From Burkholderiales bacterium (lineage in GTDB: Bacteria > Pseudomonadota > Gammaproteobacteria > Burkholderiales > SG8-39): a DNA stretch of 57,891 bases. The notes under the pieces are model-generated. The model saw only the letters and a program-made list of their open reading frames with translations, made no database searches and had not been told where the DNA came from. Below, piece by piece: positions 25,766 through 36,087 of the stretch (within the stretch, counting starts at the first letter, position 1; every line of letters starts with the position of its first letter). The stretch is from positions 1 to 57,891 of the forward strand of contig DATKAX010000172.1 of assembly GCA_035514595.1 (NCBI GenBank). The letters are read 5' to 3'. The translations under genes and the position numbers were made by a program.

Positions 25766-26785
25766 ATGCGACGTGCTCAAGCGTGCATCGCAGCGGCAGC
25801 AATGTCCGCGCTCGCGGCAGTACCAGCAACCGCAATGGCCCAGAAGGTGGAGTGGAAGTTCTCCATGTGGGGCAAGCAGCGCGCCTTCACCAAGGGCATC
25901 GAGGTGCTGGCCGACAAGGTCGCCAAGGGCAGCGGCGGCGACTTCACCATCCGGCTGGGCTACGCGGAGACGTTCTCCAAGGACCGCGAGAACCTCGACA
26001 GCATCAAGCTGAAGGCGATCGACGGCGCGCATTTCTGCAACTTCTACCACCCCGGCAAGAACCCGGCGTTCATGGTGTTCTCGCTGCCGTTCCTGCCGCT
26101 CGGCGACTGGAACGTGTCGCTGAAGGCGAGGAACGCGCTGTTCAAGCACCCGGCACTGGTCGCCGACCTGGACAACTGGGACGCGATGGCCTACGCCTCG
26201 ACCCTGCTGCCGCAGTACGAGTTCATGGGCAAGGGCGCGCCGCCCACGACCCTCGCCGCGTGGAAAGGCAAGCGCGTGCGCGCCGGCGGCGGCATCGGCG
26301 ACGCCATGGAGGTGCTCGGCGCGATCAAGACCACCACCACGGCGACCGAGGTGTACACCGCGATGGAACGCGGCACGATGGACGCGGCCTCCTTTCCCTA
26401 CACCTACAGCCACGTCTCCTACCGCATTCACGAGATCGCCGACTGGTACACGACCAACATGTCGCCAGGCACCGCCGAGTGCCCGGTCGTGTTCAGCAAG
26501 GACTCGTGGGCGAAGCTTCCCGCGCAGCACAAGAAGCTGATCAACGACGCCAAGGCCGAGGTGGACCGGGCCCAGATCCAGGCCTACATCGATATCGACA
26601 AGAAGAACCTGCCGATGCTGCAGGCGCGGCTGAAGCCGGTCACCTACAGCAAGGCGCAGCTCGAGGAGTTTCAGCGCGTCGCCGGCAAGCCGGTATGGGA
26701 CAAGTGGGTGGAGGAGAACAAGAGCCGCTTCAACGGGCAGGAGCTCATCGACGCTATCCTGAAGATCGCCCGCGAGGGCGGCTGA
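25766..26785 (+). CDS. dctP: TRAP transporter substrate-binding protein (DctP family)
   Basis: 339 aa with a signal peptide ending AMAQ and an AGGAGG Shine-Dalgarno sequence. It is followed by small and large TRAP permease genes. Confidence 0.85.
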   Translation: MRRAQACIAAAAMSALAAVPATAMAQKVEWKFSMWGKQRAFTKGIEVLADKVAKGSGGDFTIRLGYAETFSKDRENLDSIKLKAIDGAHFCNFYHPGKNPAFMVFSLPFLPLGDWNVSLKARNALFKHPALVADLDNWDAMAYASTLLPQYEFMGKGAPPTTLAAWKGKRVRAGGGIGDAMEVLGAIKTTTTATEVYTAMERGTMDAASFPYTYSHVSYRIHEIADWYTTNMSPGTAECPVVFSKDSWAKLPAQHKKLINDAKAEVDRAQIQAYIDIDKKNLPMLQARLKPVTYSKAQLEEFQRVAGKPVWDKWVEENKSRFNGQELIDAILKIAREGG

Positions 26786-26796
26786 CTTAGCTTTTC

Positions 26797-27435
26797 TTGG
26801 AGGCACAGACTCCCTCCGCCGGGGCCGCGGGCGAGGCGCCGCGGCTTTCGGCGTTCGACCGGCACCTCGGCCGCGTCGAGACCGGCTTCAATCTGTTCGC
26901 CGCGTTCGCGATCTTCGCGCTGATGCTGCTCGGCGTCTGGCAGGTGCTGGGCAGGACGCTGTTCAACGCGCCGGTGCGCGGCTACATCGACTTCGTCGAG
27001 CTGTCGATGGCGAGTTTCGCGTTTCTGGGCATCGCGTACTGCCAGCGCCTTGGCGGCCATGTGCGCATGGAGATGCTGCTCAAGCCCATGCGCGGCCGGC
27101 TTCTCTGGGGCACCGAGATGTTCGGCACGCTGGTGGCGCTCGCGGTGGTCGCGGTGCTGATCTGGTATGGCTGGGGCCATTTCCTGCGCGCCTACCAGCT
27201 CGGCGACAGCACCATCGACGCCCAGCTGCCGGTGTGGCCCTCCAAGCTCGCGGTGCCGATCGCTTTTGCGCTGCTCTGGCTGCGACTGTGGGTGCAGCTC
27301 GCGGGCTACCTGCGCCTCGCGATCGACCCGCGCCGGCGCCCGGTCGCGGTCACCACCGTGCTCTCGGTGCAGGAGCAGGCGGCGCACGAGATCGAGGAAA
27401 CGGCGGGCGCCGTCCGGCGCGGCGGGCCCGGGTAG
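26797..27435 (+). CDS. dctQ: TRAP transporter small permease (DctQ family)
   Basis: A four-TM protein between the dctP-like and dctM-like genes. The TTG start at 26797 is uncertain. Confidence 0.75.
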   Translation: MEAQTPSAGAAGEAPRLSAFDRHLGRVETGFNLFAAFAIFALMLLGVWQVLGRTLFNAPVRGYIDFVELSMASFAFLGIAYCQRLGGHVRMEMLLKPMRGRLLWGTEMFGTLVALAVVAVLIWYGWGHFLRAYQLGDSTIDAQLPVWPSKLAVPIAFALLWLRLWVQLAGYLRLAIDPRRRPVAVTTVLSVQEQAAHEIEETAGAVRRGGPG

Positions 27436-27438
27436 CGC

Positions 27439-28743
27439 GTGGACGCGTTCAGCATCGGCATCATCGGCGCCTGCGGGCTCGTCGTCCTGGTGTTCCTCGG
27501 CGTGCGGGTGTACATCGCCGCCGCCGCCGTCGGCCTCGCCGGCCTGGTCGCCATGATCGGCTGGGACTCCGGCGCGGGCATGGTGGGCACCATTCCGCAC
27601 TCCAAATCGGTCAGCTACACCCTGTCGGTGCTGCCGATGTTCATCCTCATCGGCTTTCTCGCCTTCCATGCGGGGCTGACCGAAAAGCTGTTCGACGCGG
27701 CCACCAAGTGGCTCGGCTGGGTGCCTGGGGGGCTCGCCGTCGCCACGGTGATGGCCGCGACCGGCTTCGCCGCGGTTTCGGGCGCGAGCACCGCGACCGC
27801 GGCGGTGTTCAGCCGCGTCGCGGTGCCCGACATGCTCAAGGCCGGCTACGACAAGCGCCTCGCCGCCGGCGTGGTCGCTGCGGGCGGCACGCTCGCCACC
27901 CTGATCCCGCCCTCCGCGATCCTCGTCATCTACGCCATCATCGTCGAGGAGTCGGTCGGCAGGCTGCTGATCGCCGGATTCCTGCCCGGGATCGTCTCGG
28001 CGCTGGTCTACGGGGCGCTGATCGTCACCATGGCCAAGATCAACCCGAGCCTGGGCCGGCCGATCCGCGGCTTCACCTGGACGCAGCGCTGGAAGTCGGT
28101 GCCCGGCACCTTCCCGATCATCGCGGTGGTGGTGATCATCTTCTCGGCGATGTATTTCGGCTGGGCGACGCCGACCGAGGCCGGGGCGCTGGGCGCGTTC
28201 GTGGTGTTCGTGCTGGCGCTAGTGCACGGCATGCGCTGGAACGGTCTGCGCGAGGCGCTGCTCGAGTCCGCGAAGCTCACCGTGATGATCTTCTCGATCA
28301 TCTGGGGCGTGCTGATCTTCGTGCGGTTCCTGGGCTTCGCCGGCCTGCCCGAGGCGTTCGCCAAGTGGGTGGTGTCGCTCGATGTGCCGCCGATCATGGT
28401 GATGATCTGCATCCTGCTGTTCTACGTCCTGCTCGGCATGTTCATGGACGCGATCGGCATGCTGCTGCTCACGCTCCCGGTGGTGTACCCCGCGGTGATC
28501 GCGCTCGGCTACGACCCGATCTGGTTCGGCATCGTGGTGGTCAAGATGGCCGAGATCTGCCTGATCACGCCGCCGATCGGCCTCAACTGCTTCGTGGTGA
28601 ACGCCGTGCGCCCCGATATTCCGCTCACCACCGTGTTCCGCGGCATCATGCCGTTCTTCCTCGCCGACGTGGCGACCGTAGGCCTGTTCCTCGCCTTCCC
28701 GGAGATCATCCTCTGGGTGCCGCGGCTGATGATGGGCGGCTAG
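27439..28743 (+). CDS. dctM: TRAP transporter large permease (DctM family)
   Basis: A 434-aa polytopic protein with DctM-like segments (FMDAIGMLLLTLPVVYP, GIVVVKMAEICLITPPIGLNCFV). Confidence 0.9.
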   Translation: MDAFSIGIIGACGLVVLVFLGVRVYIAAAAVGLAGLVAMIGWDSGAGMVGTIPHSKSVSYTLSVLPMFILIGFLAFHAGLTEKLFDAATKWLGWVPGGLAVATVMAATGFAAVSGASTATAAVFSRVAVPDMLKAGYDKRLAAGVVAAGGTLATLIPPSAILVIYAIIVEESVGRLLIAGFLPGIVSALVYGALIVTMAKINPSLGRPIRGFTWTQRWKSVPGTFPIIAVVVIIFSAMYFGWATPTEAGALGAFVVFVLALVHGMRWNGLREALLESAKLTVMIFSIIWGVLIFVRFLGFAGLPEAFAKWVVSLDVPPIMVMICILLFYVLLGMFMDAIGMLLLTLPVVYPAVIALGYDPIWFGIVVVKMAEICLITPPIGLNCFVVNAVRPDIPLTTVFRGIMPFFLADVATVGLFLAFPEIILWVPRLMMGG

Positions 28744-29426
28744 CGCAGCGCTCCGAAAACCTTCTCGATGATGCCGGAGGCGGCGCCGACCGGATCCCTG
28801 CGGATCTTCCTCTCCTCTTCCGCCACCATGAAATAGAGGCCGTCCAGGGCCTTCTGCGTCACGTACTGGTCGAGGTCGGCGTGCTCCGGGCTGACCAGCC
28901 CGAGCGACGCGCCTCGCTCTCCGAACTGGTTGTACTGGCGGGCGAGCCCGAGCTGCGCGGTCGAGCGGCGCACGATGGGCAGGAAGCGCTGGTGGAGCTC
29001 CTGCCGGGTCGAGCGCCTGAAATAATCGGTGCCGGCGGTCTCGCCGCCGCCGAGGATGCCCTTGGCGTCCTGCACCGTCATCTTCTTCACCGCCCAGAGC
29101 AGAAGCCCGCCTGCCTCGGGAACCGCGGCCTCGGCGGCGCGGTTCATGGTGAGCACCAGTTCGTCGGCGTGGCGCCTCATGCCGACACGGCGCATCAGGC
29201 GCTCGGCGCGCGCCAGCGAATCGGGAAGCGGGATTTTCACCTGCGCGTTGCCGAAGAAGCCGTCGGTGCGCCCGAGCGTTGCCACGGCGGCCTGCGAGCC
29301 CTTCTCGAGCGCCGCCTTCAAGCCGGCGACGGCCTCGCCCTGCGTGATGCGCTCGAGGTCAGCCGCCGCCGGCAGCGGCCAGGCGAGGACGGCGGCGGCG
29401 AAGCCGGCTAGAAGGGCGGCTTTCAG
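28740..29426 (-). CDS. DUF4197 domain protein (periplasmic); start codon unresolved
   Basis: DUF4197-like segments are DGFFGNAQVKIPLP, AAEAAVPEA and VTQKALDGLYFMVAEEERKIR. A signal-like segment KAALLAGFAAAVLAWPLPAAA begins at a CTG (29426) 2 nt after the parA-like stop. The only in-frame ATG (29573) would give a 146-nt overlap with that gene. Confidence 0.65.
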   Translation of the reverse strand: MKAALLAGFAAAVLAWPLPAAADLERITQGEAVAGLKAALEKGSQAAVATLGRTDGFFGNAQVKIPLPDSLARAERLMRRVGMRRHADELVLTMNRAAEAAVPEAGGLLLWAVKKMTVQDAKGILGGGETAGTDYFRRSTRQELHQRFLPIVRRSTAQLGLARQYNQFGERGASLGLVSPEHADLDQYVTQKALDGLYFMVAEEERKIRRDPVGAASGIIEKVFGALR

Positions 29427-29427
29427 G

Positions 29428-30156
29428 CTAGAGCGAACCGAGCTTGGTAGCAGCCCAGCGCGGACGCGAAAGCTCGATGATCCTGCGGCCCTCGAAGCGC
29501 GCTCTGTGCTCGGGATCGACCCATTCCACGATCGGCAGGAACTGCTCACGCTCCGCGGCGCAGGCCGCAGCATCCATCTCGAAGATCCCCACTCCGGTTT
29601 CGGCCGACTCGACGTAGACCTCCGAATCGCTCAGCCGGGTAAGGAAGGTCAGGCTGAGCGAGCTCAGGAAGCGCTCCAGCGGCTGGTACACCGGGGTCGA
29701 CCTGCGCACGCGGTTCGCGACCACGGCGAGCCGCACGTTGCGCGCGCGCAGTTTTCCGGCAAGCAGCAGGTCGCGGATGAAATTCGCGGTGGCGTGGATG
29801 TCGATCGCCGAAGGCTGCACCGGCACGAGGATGCACTGGGCTCGGCCCAGCATCTCCTGCAGCAGCATTCCCGATGCGCCGGCCGGCGCATCGATGATCA
29901 GCTGCCGCGTGTCCGCCGGCACGTGCATGCGCAGGCTGCGCAGACCGGTCTTCTGCGGCGCGGCATTGGCGCCGTGGATCCTTCCCGCGTGGGGGGCGCG
30001 CAGGCGCAGCCAGTTCAGGCACGACCCCTGAGGGTCGTAGTCCATGATGGCTGACGCAATCCCGTTTGAAGCAAAGAAGCTCGCCAGGTTGGTCGCGATG
30101 GTGCTCTTGCCCGACCCGCCCTTGGAATTGATCACCAGCGTGGTGTTCATCCGCAT
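29428..30156 (-). CDS. Orphan ParA/MinD-family ATPase
   Basis: 242 aa with a deviant Walker A (NSKGGSGKST), Walker A' (DYDPQGS) and Walker B (LIIDAPAG). A GAGGGAGG Shine-Dalgarno sequence precedes it. No parB-like partner gene is adjacent. Confidence 0.8.
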   Translation of the reverse strand: MRMNTTLVINSKGGSGKSTIATNLASFFASNGIASAIMDYDPQGSCLNWLRLRAPHAGRIHGANAAPQKTGLRSLRMHVPADTRQLIIDAPAGASGMLLQEMLGRAQCILVPVQPSAIDIHATANFIRDLLLAGKLRARNVRLAVVANRVRRSTPVYQPLERFLSSLSLTFLTRLSDSEVYVESAETGVGIFEMDAAACAAEREQFLPIVEWVDPEHRARFEGRRIIELSRPRWAATKLGSL

Positions 30157-30218
30157 AACCGCCTCCCTCGGTTCAGAGCGTATGTGAAACAGTGCTCTTG
30201 CGGTGTTAACTAGTTCTC

Positions 30219-31148
30219 CTAATCCACTCCGGCGCGATTGGCTTGCTCGTCGGCATGGTAGGAGGAGCGCACCAGCGCCCCTACCGCGGCGTGCCTGAAT
30301 CCCATCTTCAATGCCTGGCTTTGATACTCCTCGAATACGGCAGGCTCGACGTAACGCTCGACCGGCAGGTGATGCGGCGAGGGTTGCAGGTACTGCCCGA
30401 CGGTCAGCATGTCGACGTCGTGCTCGCGCAGCTCGCCCATCACGGCGAGGATCTCCTCGTCGGTTTCTCCCAGGCCAACCATCAGTCCGGACTTGGTCGG
30501 TACCTCGGGGTGGCGCTGCTTGAACGCCTTGAGCAGCCGCAAGGAGTGCGCATAGTCGCCGCCGGGCCGGGCGCGCCGGTATAGCCGCGGCACCGTCTCC
30601 AGGTTGTGGTTCATGACGTCCGGCGGCGCGCCCCCCAGGATCTCGAGCGCGCGCTCGAGCCGCCCCCTGAAGTCGGGGACCAAAACCTCGAGCGTCGTGG
30701 CAGGAGAGTGTTTCCTCACTTCCCGGATACAGTCCACGAAATGGCGCGCGCCGCCGTCCCTCAGGTCATCGCGGTCGACGCTCGTGATGACCACGTAAGC
30801 AAGCTTGAGGAGCGCGATGGTGTGCGCCAAGTGTCCGGGCTCTTCGGGGTCCGGCGCGAGCGGCCGGCCGTGTGCCACGTCGCAGAACGGGCAGCGGCGG
30901 GTGCAGATATCGCCAAGAATCATGAAGGTCGCCGTGCCCTTGCCGAAGCACTCGGCGATGTTCGGGCAGGACGCCTCCTCGCACACCGTATGCAGCTTCT
31001 GGCTGCGCAGGATCTGCTTCACCTCGTAGAAGCGCGAGCCGGGGCTTGCCGCGCGCACCCGGATCCAGTCCGGCTTGCGCAGCGGCGCGCGCGGCACGAT
31101 GCGTATGGTCTTGGCCTGGCCCTTTTCCTTGATGCCCGCTTCACGCAC
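30219..31148 (-). CDS. lipA: Lipoyl synthase
   Basis: It carries the radical-SAM CxxxCxxC motif ([10 protein letters not shown]) and the auxiliary cluster motif [12 protein letters not shown]. 309 aa. Confidence 0.95.
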   Translation of the reverse strand: MREAGIKEKGQAKTIRIVPRAPLRKPDWIRVRAASPGSRFYEVKQILRSQKLHTVCEEASCPNIAECFGKGTATFMILGDICTRRCPFCDVAHGRPLAPDPEEPGHLAHTIALLKLAYVVITSVDRDDLRDGGARHFVDCIREVRKHSPATTLEVLVPDFRGRLERALEILGGAPPDVMNHNLETVPRLYRRARPGGDYAHSLRLLKAFKQRHPEVPTKSGLMVGLGETDEEILAVMGELREHDVDMLTVGQYLQPSPHHLPVERYVEPAVFEEYQSQALKMGFRHAAVGALVRSSYHADEQANRAGVD

Positions 31149-31749
31149 GCTCGAGCCGCTCCGCGAGGATCGCCGCGAGCCGCCCTCCGGCCTCAGCGGC
31201 CGAGTCCCGGGCGCCGAGCTCGCGCAGCTGCGTCACGGCAAGCCCCGGATAGCCGCAGGGGTCGATCGCATGAAAAGGGGAAAGATCCATGTCGACGTTG
31301 AGCGCCACGCCATGGTACGCCCGTCCGCGCGCGACCCGAATGCCGAGGGCGGCGATCTTGGCGCCTGCCACATAGACACCCGGCGCGCCCTCCTTGCGCT
31401 CGGCGCGGCTGCCGACGAGGTCGATCACGGCCTGCTCCAGAAGCCTGACGAACTCGCGCACCTTGAGGCCGCGCCGGGACAGATCGACGAGCGTATAGAG
31501 CACGGCCTGGCCCGGGCCGTGGTAGGTAATCTCCCCGCCACGGTCGGTCTGCACCACGGGGATCGCATTGGCGAGCTGCGGCCGGCGCGCGCCCTGGCCC
31601 AGCGTGTAGACGGGGGGATGCTCGAGAACCCACAGCTCGTCCGGCGTCGACGCTGTGCGCGCGCCGGTGAACGCCCGCATCGCCTCGAGGGTGGGCGAAT
31701 ACTCGGCGCGACCCAGCTGCTTGACGACGATGTCCTCGACGACGGTCAA
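31141..31749 (-). CDS. lipB: Octanoyltransferase LipB
   Basis: Motifs are [34 protein letters not shown] and HGVALNV. The TTG start at 31749 overlaps the ybeD stop (202 aa). Confidence 0.88.
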   Translation of the reverse strand: MTVVEDIVVKQLGRAEYSPTLEAMRAFTGARTASTPDELWVLEHPPVYTLGQGARRPQLANAIPVVQTDRGGEITYHGPGQAVLYTLVDLSRRGLKVREFVRLLEQAVIDLVGSRAERKEGAPGVYVAGAKIAALGIRVARGRAYHGVALNVDMDLSPFHAIDPCGYPGLAVTQLRELGARDSAAEAGGRLAAILAERLERA

Positions 31750-32018
31750 AGCACCATCACTACGGCGGGATGGTCGCAGAGCTCCTGGTACAGCGCGTCG
31801 AGCTGCTCGCGCGACGTGGCCTGCAGAACGCAGGTGACGCTGAGGTAGCGTCCCTGCCGGCTGGGTCGCATCTCGACGGTCGCCGGATCGAAGTCGGGCG
31901 CGTGCTTGACCACGATTCCCGTCACCGCCTGCGCAAAGCCCGGCTGCTTGCGTCCCATCACCTTGATCGGAAACGCGCACGGAAAGGCGAGTTGCGCGCC
32001 CTCGGGAAGGACCGGCAT
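31746..32018 (-). CDS. ybeD: YbeD/DUF493 family protein (UPF0250)
   Basis: 90 aa with the motif FPCAFPIKVMG, in the conserved position upstream of lipB. Confidence 0.85.
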   Translation of the reverse strand: MPVLPEGAQLAFPCAFPIKVMGRKQPGFAQAVTGIVVKHAPDFDPATVEMRPSRQGRYLSVTCVLQATSREQLDALYQELCDHPAVVMVL

Positions 32019-32027
32019 GGCGCGGCT

Positions 32028-32897
32028 TCAGGCGGAAACGGGCTCGCGCCTGCCGGCACGCATCACCTTCTGCTTGAACTCCTGGTAGAGCTGGTACATG
32101 TGCCGGTACACCGGGCCGGGACGCCCGTCGCCGACAGGCGCGCCGTCGAGCGCGACGATCGCCAGGACCTCCTTGGAGGAGGAGCTGACCCAGATCTCGT
32201 CCGCGCCGCGCACCTGCGCCTCGGTCAGGTCGCCGAACTCGAGCGGCAGCCCCGCCGCCTGGGCGAGCTCCACCACCACGTCGTAGGTGATGCCGGGAAG
32301 AATGAGATTCGACTTGGGCGGCGACTGGATCACGCCGCCCCTGACGATGAAGACGTTCGAGGCCGAGGCCTCGGTGAGCCTGCCGTCGCGAAACAGGATG
32401 GTCTCCGCAGCGCCGGCCTGCGCCGAGAGCTCGCGCAGCAGCACGTTTCCGATCAGCGAGATCGACTTGATGTCGCAGCGCAGCCAGCGGTTATCCTGCG
32501 CGCTCACCGCGGCGGCGCCGCCTTCGACGAGCTCGCGCGGCGGGCTCACCAGCGGGTTCGACATCATGAACACGGTCGGCTGCGCATCCTTCGGAAAGGC
32601 GTGATCGCGCTTGGCAACGCCGCGCGTCACCTGGAAGTACACGCCCTGGTCGTCGAAAGGCTGGCCCTGCACCAGCGCGAGGATGAACTCGCCCCACTGC
32701 GCGCGCGGATACGGATTGCGGATGCCGACGGCGGCGAGGCTGCGCTCGAGGCGCCCAAGGTGCTCCTCGAGCCTGAACGGCACGCGCGAGTAGACCGGCA
32801 CCAGCTCGTAGACGCCGTCGCCGAAGATGAAGCCGCGGTCGAGGACCGAAACCTGCGCATCCTCGAGCGCGAGGAATTTGCCGTTCAGGAAAACCAT
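32028..32897 (-). CDS. dat: D-amino-acid aminotransferase (class IV PLP fold)
   Basis: Motifs are VSVLDRGFIFGDGVYE, CDIKSISLIGNVL and NLILPGITYD. 289 aa. Confidence 0.85.
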   Translation of the reverse strand: MVFLNGKFLALEDAQVSVLDRGFIFGDGVYELVPVYSRVPFRLEEHLGRLERSLAAVGIRNPYPRAQWGEFILALVQGQPFDDQGVYFQVTRGVAKRDHAFPKDAQPTVFMMSNPLVSPPRELVEGGAAAVSAQDNRWLRCDIKSISLIGNVLLRELSAQAGAAETILFRDGRLTEASASNVFIVRGGVIQSPPKSNLILPGITYDVVVELAQAAGLPLEFGDLTEAQVRGADEIWVSSSSKEVLAIVALDGAPVGDGRPGPVYRHMYQLYQEFKQKVMRAGRREPVSA

Positions 32898-32907
32898 GGT
32901 CGCCTCG

Positions 32908-34029
32908 CTACCTTGCCCAGAGCCGCAGTGTATCCCAGGCGCGGCCGAGGAAGCCGGCCGCCGCGACCGGCTCGAGCGCGACCAGCGGGTACTCGCCGTG
33001 GGGCGCGCCGCCGAGCGTCACGCGCAGCATGCCGATGCGCTGCCCTTCGGCGATCGGCGCGAGGAGCGGCTGCTGCGAAACCAGCTCCGCCTGGAGCTTC
33101 TCTGCCTCGCCCTTCGGAACGGTGATGAACACGTCCTGCTTCACGCCGACCTTCACCGCGTCGGCCGCGCCCTTCCACACCTCGAGCGACTTCACCGGCT
33201 GCCCGCCCGCGTAGAGCTTGACGCTGTCGAAGAACTGGAAACCCCAGTTGAGCAGCTTCTGCGACTCCTGCGCGCGCGCCGACTCCGAGGTCGAGCCCAG
33301 CAGGACCGAGAGCAGGCGCCTGCCGCCGCGCTGCGAGGAGGCGATCAGGCAATAGCCCGCCGCCTCGGTATGGCCGGTCTTCACGCCATCGACGCTCGGG
33401 TCGAGCCACAGCAAACGGTTGCGGTTCGGCTGGCTGATGTTGTTGTAGCGGTACTCCTTCTCCGAGTAGTAGCGCTCGTATTCCTCGGGAAAGTCGCGGA
33501 TCAGCGCCGCGGCGAGCAGGTACAGGTCATGCGCGGTACTGTAGTGCTGCGCTTCGGGAAGCCCCGACGCATTCACGAAACGCGTGCTCTTCATCCCGAG
33601 ACGCTCGGCCTCGCGGTTCATCATTTGTGCGAACCCCTCCTCGCTGCCCGCCACCGCCTCGGCGAGCGCGATGCAGGCATCGTTTCCCGACTGCACCACC
33701 ATGCCGCGGATCAGCTGCTCGATCGTCACCGGGCGGCGCGGCTCGATGAACATGCGCGAGCCCGGCGCGCGCCAGGCCTTTTTCGAAACGTTGATCTGCT
33801 GCTCGAGCGAGAGCTTGCCCTCGCGCAGCGCGGAGAACACGAGGTACGCCGTCATCAGCTTGGTGAGCGACGCGGGCTCGACGCGCTCCTGCGGCTTTTC
33901 GGAGTAGAGGACCTGCCCGCTGGAAAGATCGCCGATGATCCACGAATTGCCGATGATCGAAGGCGGCTGCGGCGCCGCCGCGTGCGCCAGCGCGCACAGG
34001 AATGCGGTGAGGAATACGAGGAGTCGCAT
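32908..34029 (-). CDS. dacC: D-alanyl-D-alanine carboxypeptidase (PBP5/6 family)
   Basis: It has a signal peptide (MRLLVFLTAFLCALAHA) and the SxxK (ASLTK), SxN (QSGND) and KTG (VKTGHT) motifs. An alternative start lies at 34044. Confidence 0.88.
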   Translation of the reverse strand: MRLLVFLTAFLCALAHAAAPQPPSIIGNSWIIGDLSSGQVLYSEKPQERVEPASLTKLMTAYLVFSALREGKLSLEQQINVSKKAWRAPGSRMFIEPRRPVTIEQLIRGMVVQSGNDACIALAEAVAGSEEGFAQMMNREAERLGMKSTRFVNASGLPEAQHYSTAHDLYLLAAALIRDFPEEYERYYSEKEYRYNNISQPNRNRLLWLDPSVDGVKTGHTEAAGYCLIASSQRGGRRLLSVLLGSTSESARAQESQKLLNWGFQFFDSVKLYAGGQPVKSLEVWKGAADAVKVGVKQDVFITVPKGEAEKLQAELVSQQPLLAPIAEGQRIGMLRVTLGGAPHGEYPLVALEPVAAAGFLGRAWDTLRLWAR

Positions 34030-34066
34030 CAATCCGGCCGACAAAAGAGCGAATTATACGGCCCGT

Positions 34067-34831
34067 CTAGCGCACCACCAGCAGCGGCTTGAGATCGAGC
34101 AGGCTCTCCACGCGCTCGGCGACCGGGCGCGCCTCGTCATGCGAGCGGTAGGGGCCGAGCTGCAGCCGCCACAGGCTGCCGGCGACGAACAGCTGCACCG
34201 AGGCCTGCATCGAATCGAGCTCGCGCGCAATGCGCGCGCGCAGGCTCTCCGCGTTCTCGCGCGAGGAAAAGACGCCGAGCTGCACGTAGACCGCCTCCGC
34301 CTGGCGCGCCTCGCCCGGAACGATGCTTTCCACTTCCACCGGCGCGCTTCCCGCGGCGATGATGCCGAGCCGGTGGGCAGCGGCGTACGAGAGATCGATC
34401 ACCCTGCCGGCGTGGAACGGGCCGCGGTCGTTGATGCGCACCACCACGCTCCTGCCGTTGTCCAGGTGAGTGACGCGCGCATAGCTCGGGATCGGCAGGG
34501 TGGGGTGCGCGGCGCTCATGGCGTACATGTCGTAGCTTTCCCCGCTCGCGGTGGGCTTGCCATGAAAACGCCTGCCGTACCAGCTCGCCATGCCGCGCTC
34601 CCGGAAGGTCCGCAGCGAGGCGAATGGAACGTAGTCCCTGCCGAACACGCGGTAGGGGCGGTTCGCGTATCGATGCAGGGGCTCCGGGCGCGGCTCGGCG
34701 TCGGGCACCGAGTCCAGGTGCGACGGCGGGCTCGCGTGCGGCCCGTCGTCCTTGTAGTAGCCGCCCTTCTGCGGAGCGGAGCCGCAGGCGCTCAGCAGCG
34801 CCGCGAGGCACAGGACGAGCGTGCTTCTCAT
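34067..34831 (-). CDS. rlpA: Septal ring lytic transglycosylase RlpA (DPBB + SPOR domains)
   Basis: It has a lipobox (LLSAC), a DPBB domain (GMASWYG...TASGE...[17 protein letters not shown]...[11 protein letters not shown]) and a C-terminal SPOR domain ([15 protein letters not shown]). The start is at 34831, with an ATGA overlap. Confidence 0.9.
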   Translation of the reverse strand: MRSTLVLCLAALLSACGSAPQKGGYYKDDGPHASPPSHLDSVPDAEPRPEPLHRYANRPYRVFGRDYVPFASLRTFRERGMASWYGRRFHGKPTASGESYDMYAMSAAHPTLPIPSYARVTHLDNGRSVVVRINDRGPFHAGRVIDLSYAAAHRLGIIAAGSAPVEVESIVPGEARQAEAVYVQLGVFSSRENAESLRARIARELDSMQASVQLFVAGSLWRLQLGPYRSHDEARPVAERVESLLDLKPLLVVR

Positions 34832-36087
34832 GCCCCGTAGATTACCTGGCCCGCGACGAGGGTGCAGCGCACGCGGCCGCGTAGCTCGTGGCCGAGAAAC
34901 GGTGTGTTCTTGCCCTGGCTGCGCAGCGTTTCGGGCGCGATGAGCAGCGGCGCGTCGGGGTCGAACAGCGCGAGATCGGCCGGCGCGCCCGGCGCGAGGC
35001 GACCGCCCTCGACGCCGAGCACGCGCGCCGGCTCGCAAGTGATGCGCGCGAGCGTCGCGGCGAGCGAGAGCGCCTGCGCCGCACCCCAGCGCAGGGTGAG
35101 CGGCAGCAGCAGCTCCAGGCCGGTCGCGCCCGGCTCCGCTTCGGCAAACGGCCGGTGCTTGCCGTCCTCGTCGACCGGCGTGTGGTCCGAGCACGCGCAG
35201 TCGATGACCCCTTCGGCGAGCGCTCGAGCGAGCGCGTCGCGGTCGCGCTCGCTGCGCAGCGGCGGATCGAGCCGGCAATTGGAATCGAAATAGCCCAGGT
35301 CGCGCTCGCAAAGGTGCAGGTGATGCACCGCCACGTCGCAGCTTACCGGCAGCCCTTCGTCCTTCGCGGCGCGCACCAGCTCGACCGCGCGCGCGCTGGA
35401 CAGGCGGCACAGGTGCACGCGCGCCCGCGTGGCGCGCACGAGCTCCAGGATAGCGGCGAGCGCGATGGTTTCGGCAAAGGCCGGGATGCCGGGGAGCCCG
35501 AGACGCGTGGCGATCTCGCCGTCGTGCGCAACGCCGCCTTTCGCGAGCCAGGCATCCTCGGCGCGCAGCCACACCGGGAAGCCGAAGGTCGCGGCGTACT
35601 GCAGCGCGCGCCACAGCACCTGCGTGTCCGCCATCGCGGCGTTCGCCTGCGAAAAAGCGGCGCAGCCGGCCTCGGCGAGCTCGGCCATCTCGGTGAGGGC
35701 CGCCCCCTGCAGCTTGACCGTGAGCGCACCCACCGGATACACGCGCGAGCGCGCCAGCGCCTGCGCGCGCCGGCGCAGCATGTCGACCAGCCCGGGCTCG
35801 TCGAGCGGCGGGTCGGTGTCGGGCGGGCAGGCGAGGCTCGTCACCCCGCCGGCCGCTGCGGCTTCGAGCTCGGACTCGAGCGTCGCCTTGTGCTCGAAGC
35901 CGGGCTCGCGCAGCCGCGCGGCAAGGTCGATGAAGCCCGGCGCCAGCACCAGCCCCCCGGCATCGATCACGCGGTCCGCCTTGGAGAATCGCTCCGAGAT
36001 TCTTCCTTGCTCGACGAACACCTCGCCCATGCCGTCGCGGCCGCTCGCCGGATCCACGACTCTCGCATTGCGGATGGCAAGGCGCAT
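34828..36087 (-). CDS. Dihydroorotase-like non-catalytic protein (PyrC', ATCase partner)
   Basis: It has an amidohydrolase fold, but the HxH metal motif is replaced (GFIDLAARL). It lies directly downstream of pyrB, as in the Pseudomonas-type pyrB-pyrC' arrangement. Confidence 0.85.
   Translation of the reverse strand: MRLAIRNARVVDPASGRDGMGEVFVEQGRISERFSKADRVIDAGGLVLAPGFIDLAARLREPGFEHKATLESELEAAAAGGVTSLACPPDTDPPLDEPGLVDMLRRRAQALARSRVYPVGALTVKLQGAALTEMAELAEAGCAAFSQANAAMADTQVLWRALQYAATFGFPVWLRAEDAWLAKGGVAHDGEIATRLGLPGIPAFAETIALAAILELVRATRARVHLCRLSSARAVELVRAAKDEGLPVSCDVAVHHLHLCERDLGYFDSNCRLDPPLRSERDRDALARALAEGVIDCACSDHTPVDEDGKHRPFAEAEPGATGLELLLPLTLRWGAAQALSLAATLARITCEPARVLGVEGGRLAPGAPADLALFDPDAPLLIAPETLRSQGKNTPFLGHELRGRVRCTLVAGQVIYGA

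Noticed and set aside
29428-30156. The ParA-like gene as a carboxysome-positioning McdA or a plasmid/chromosome partition ParA.
   Set aside because: There are no carboxysome, parB/parS or plasmid genes nearby, so no subfamily can be assigned from this window.
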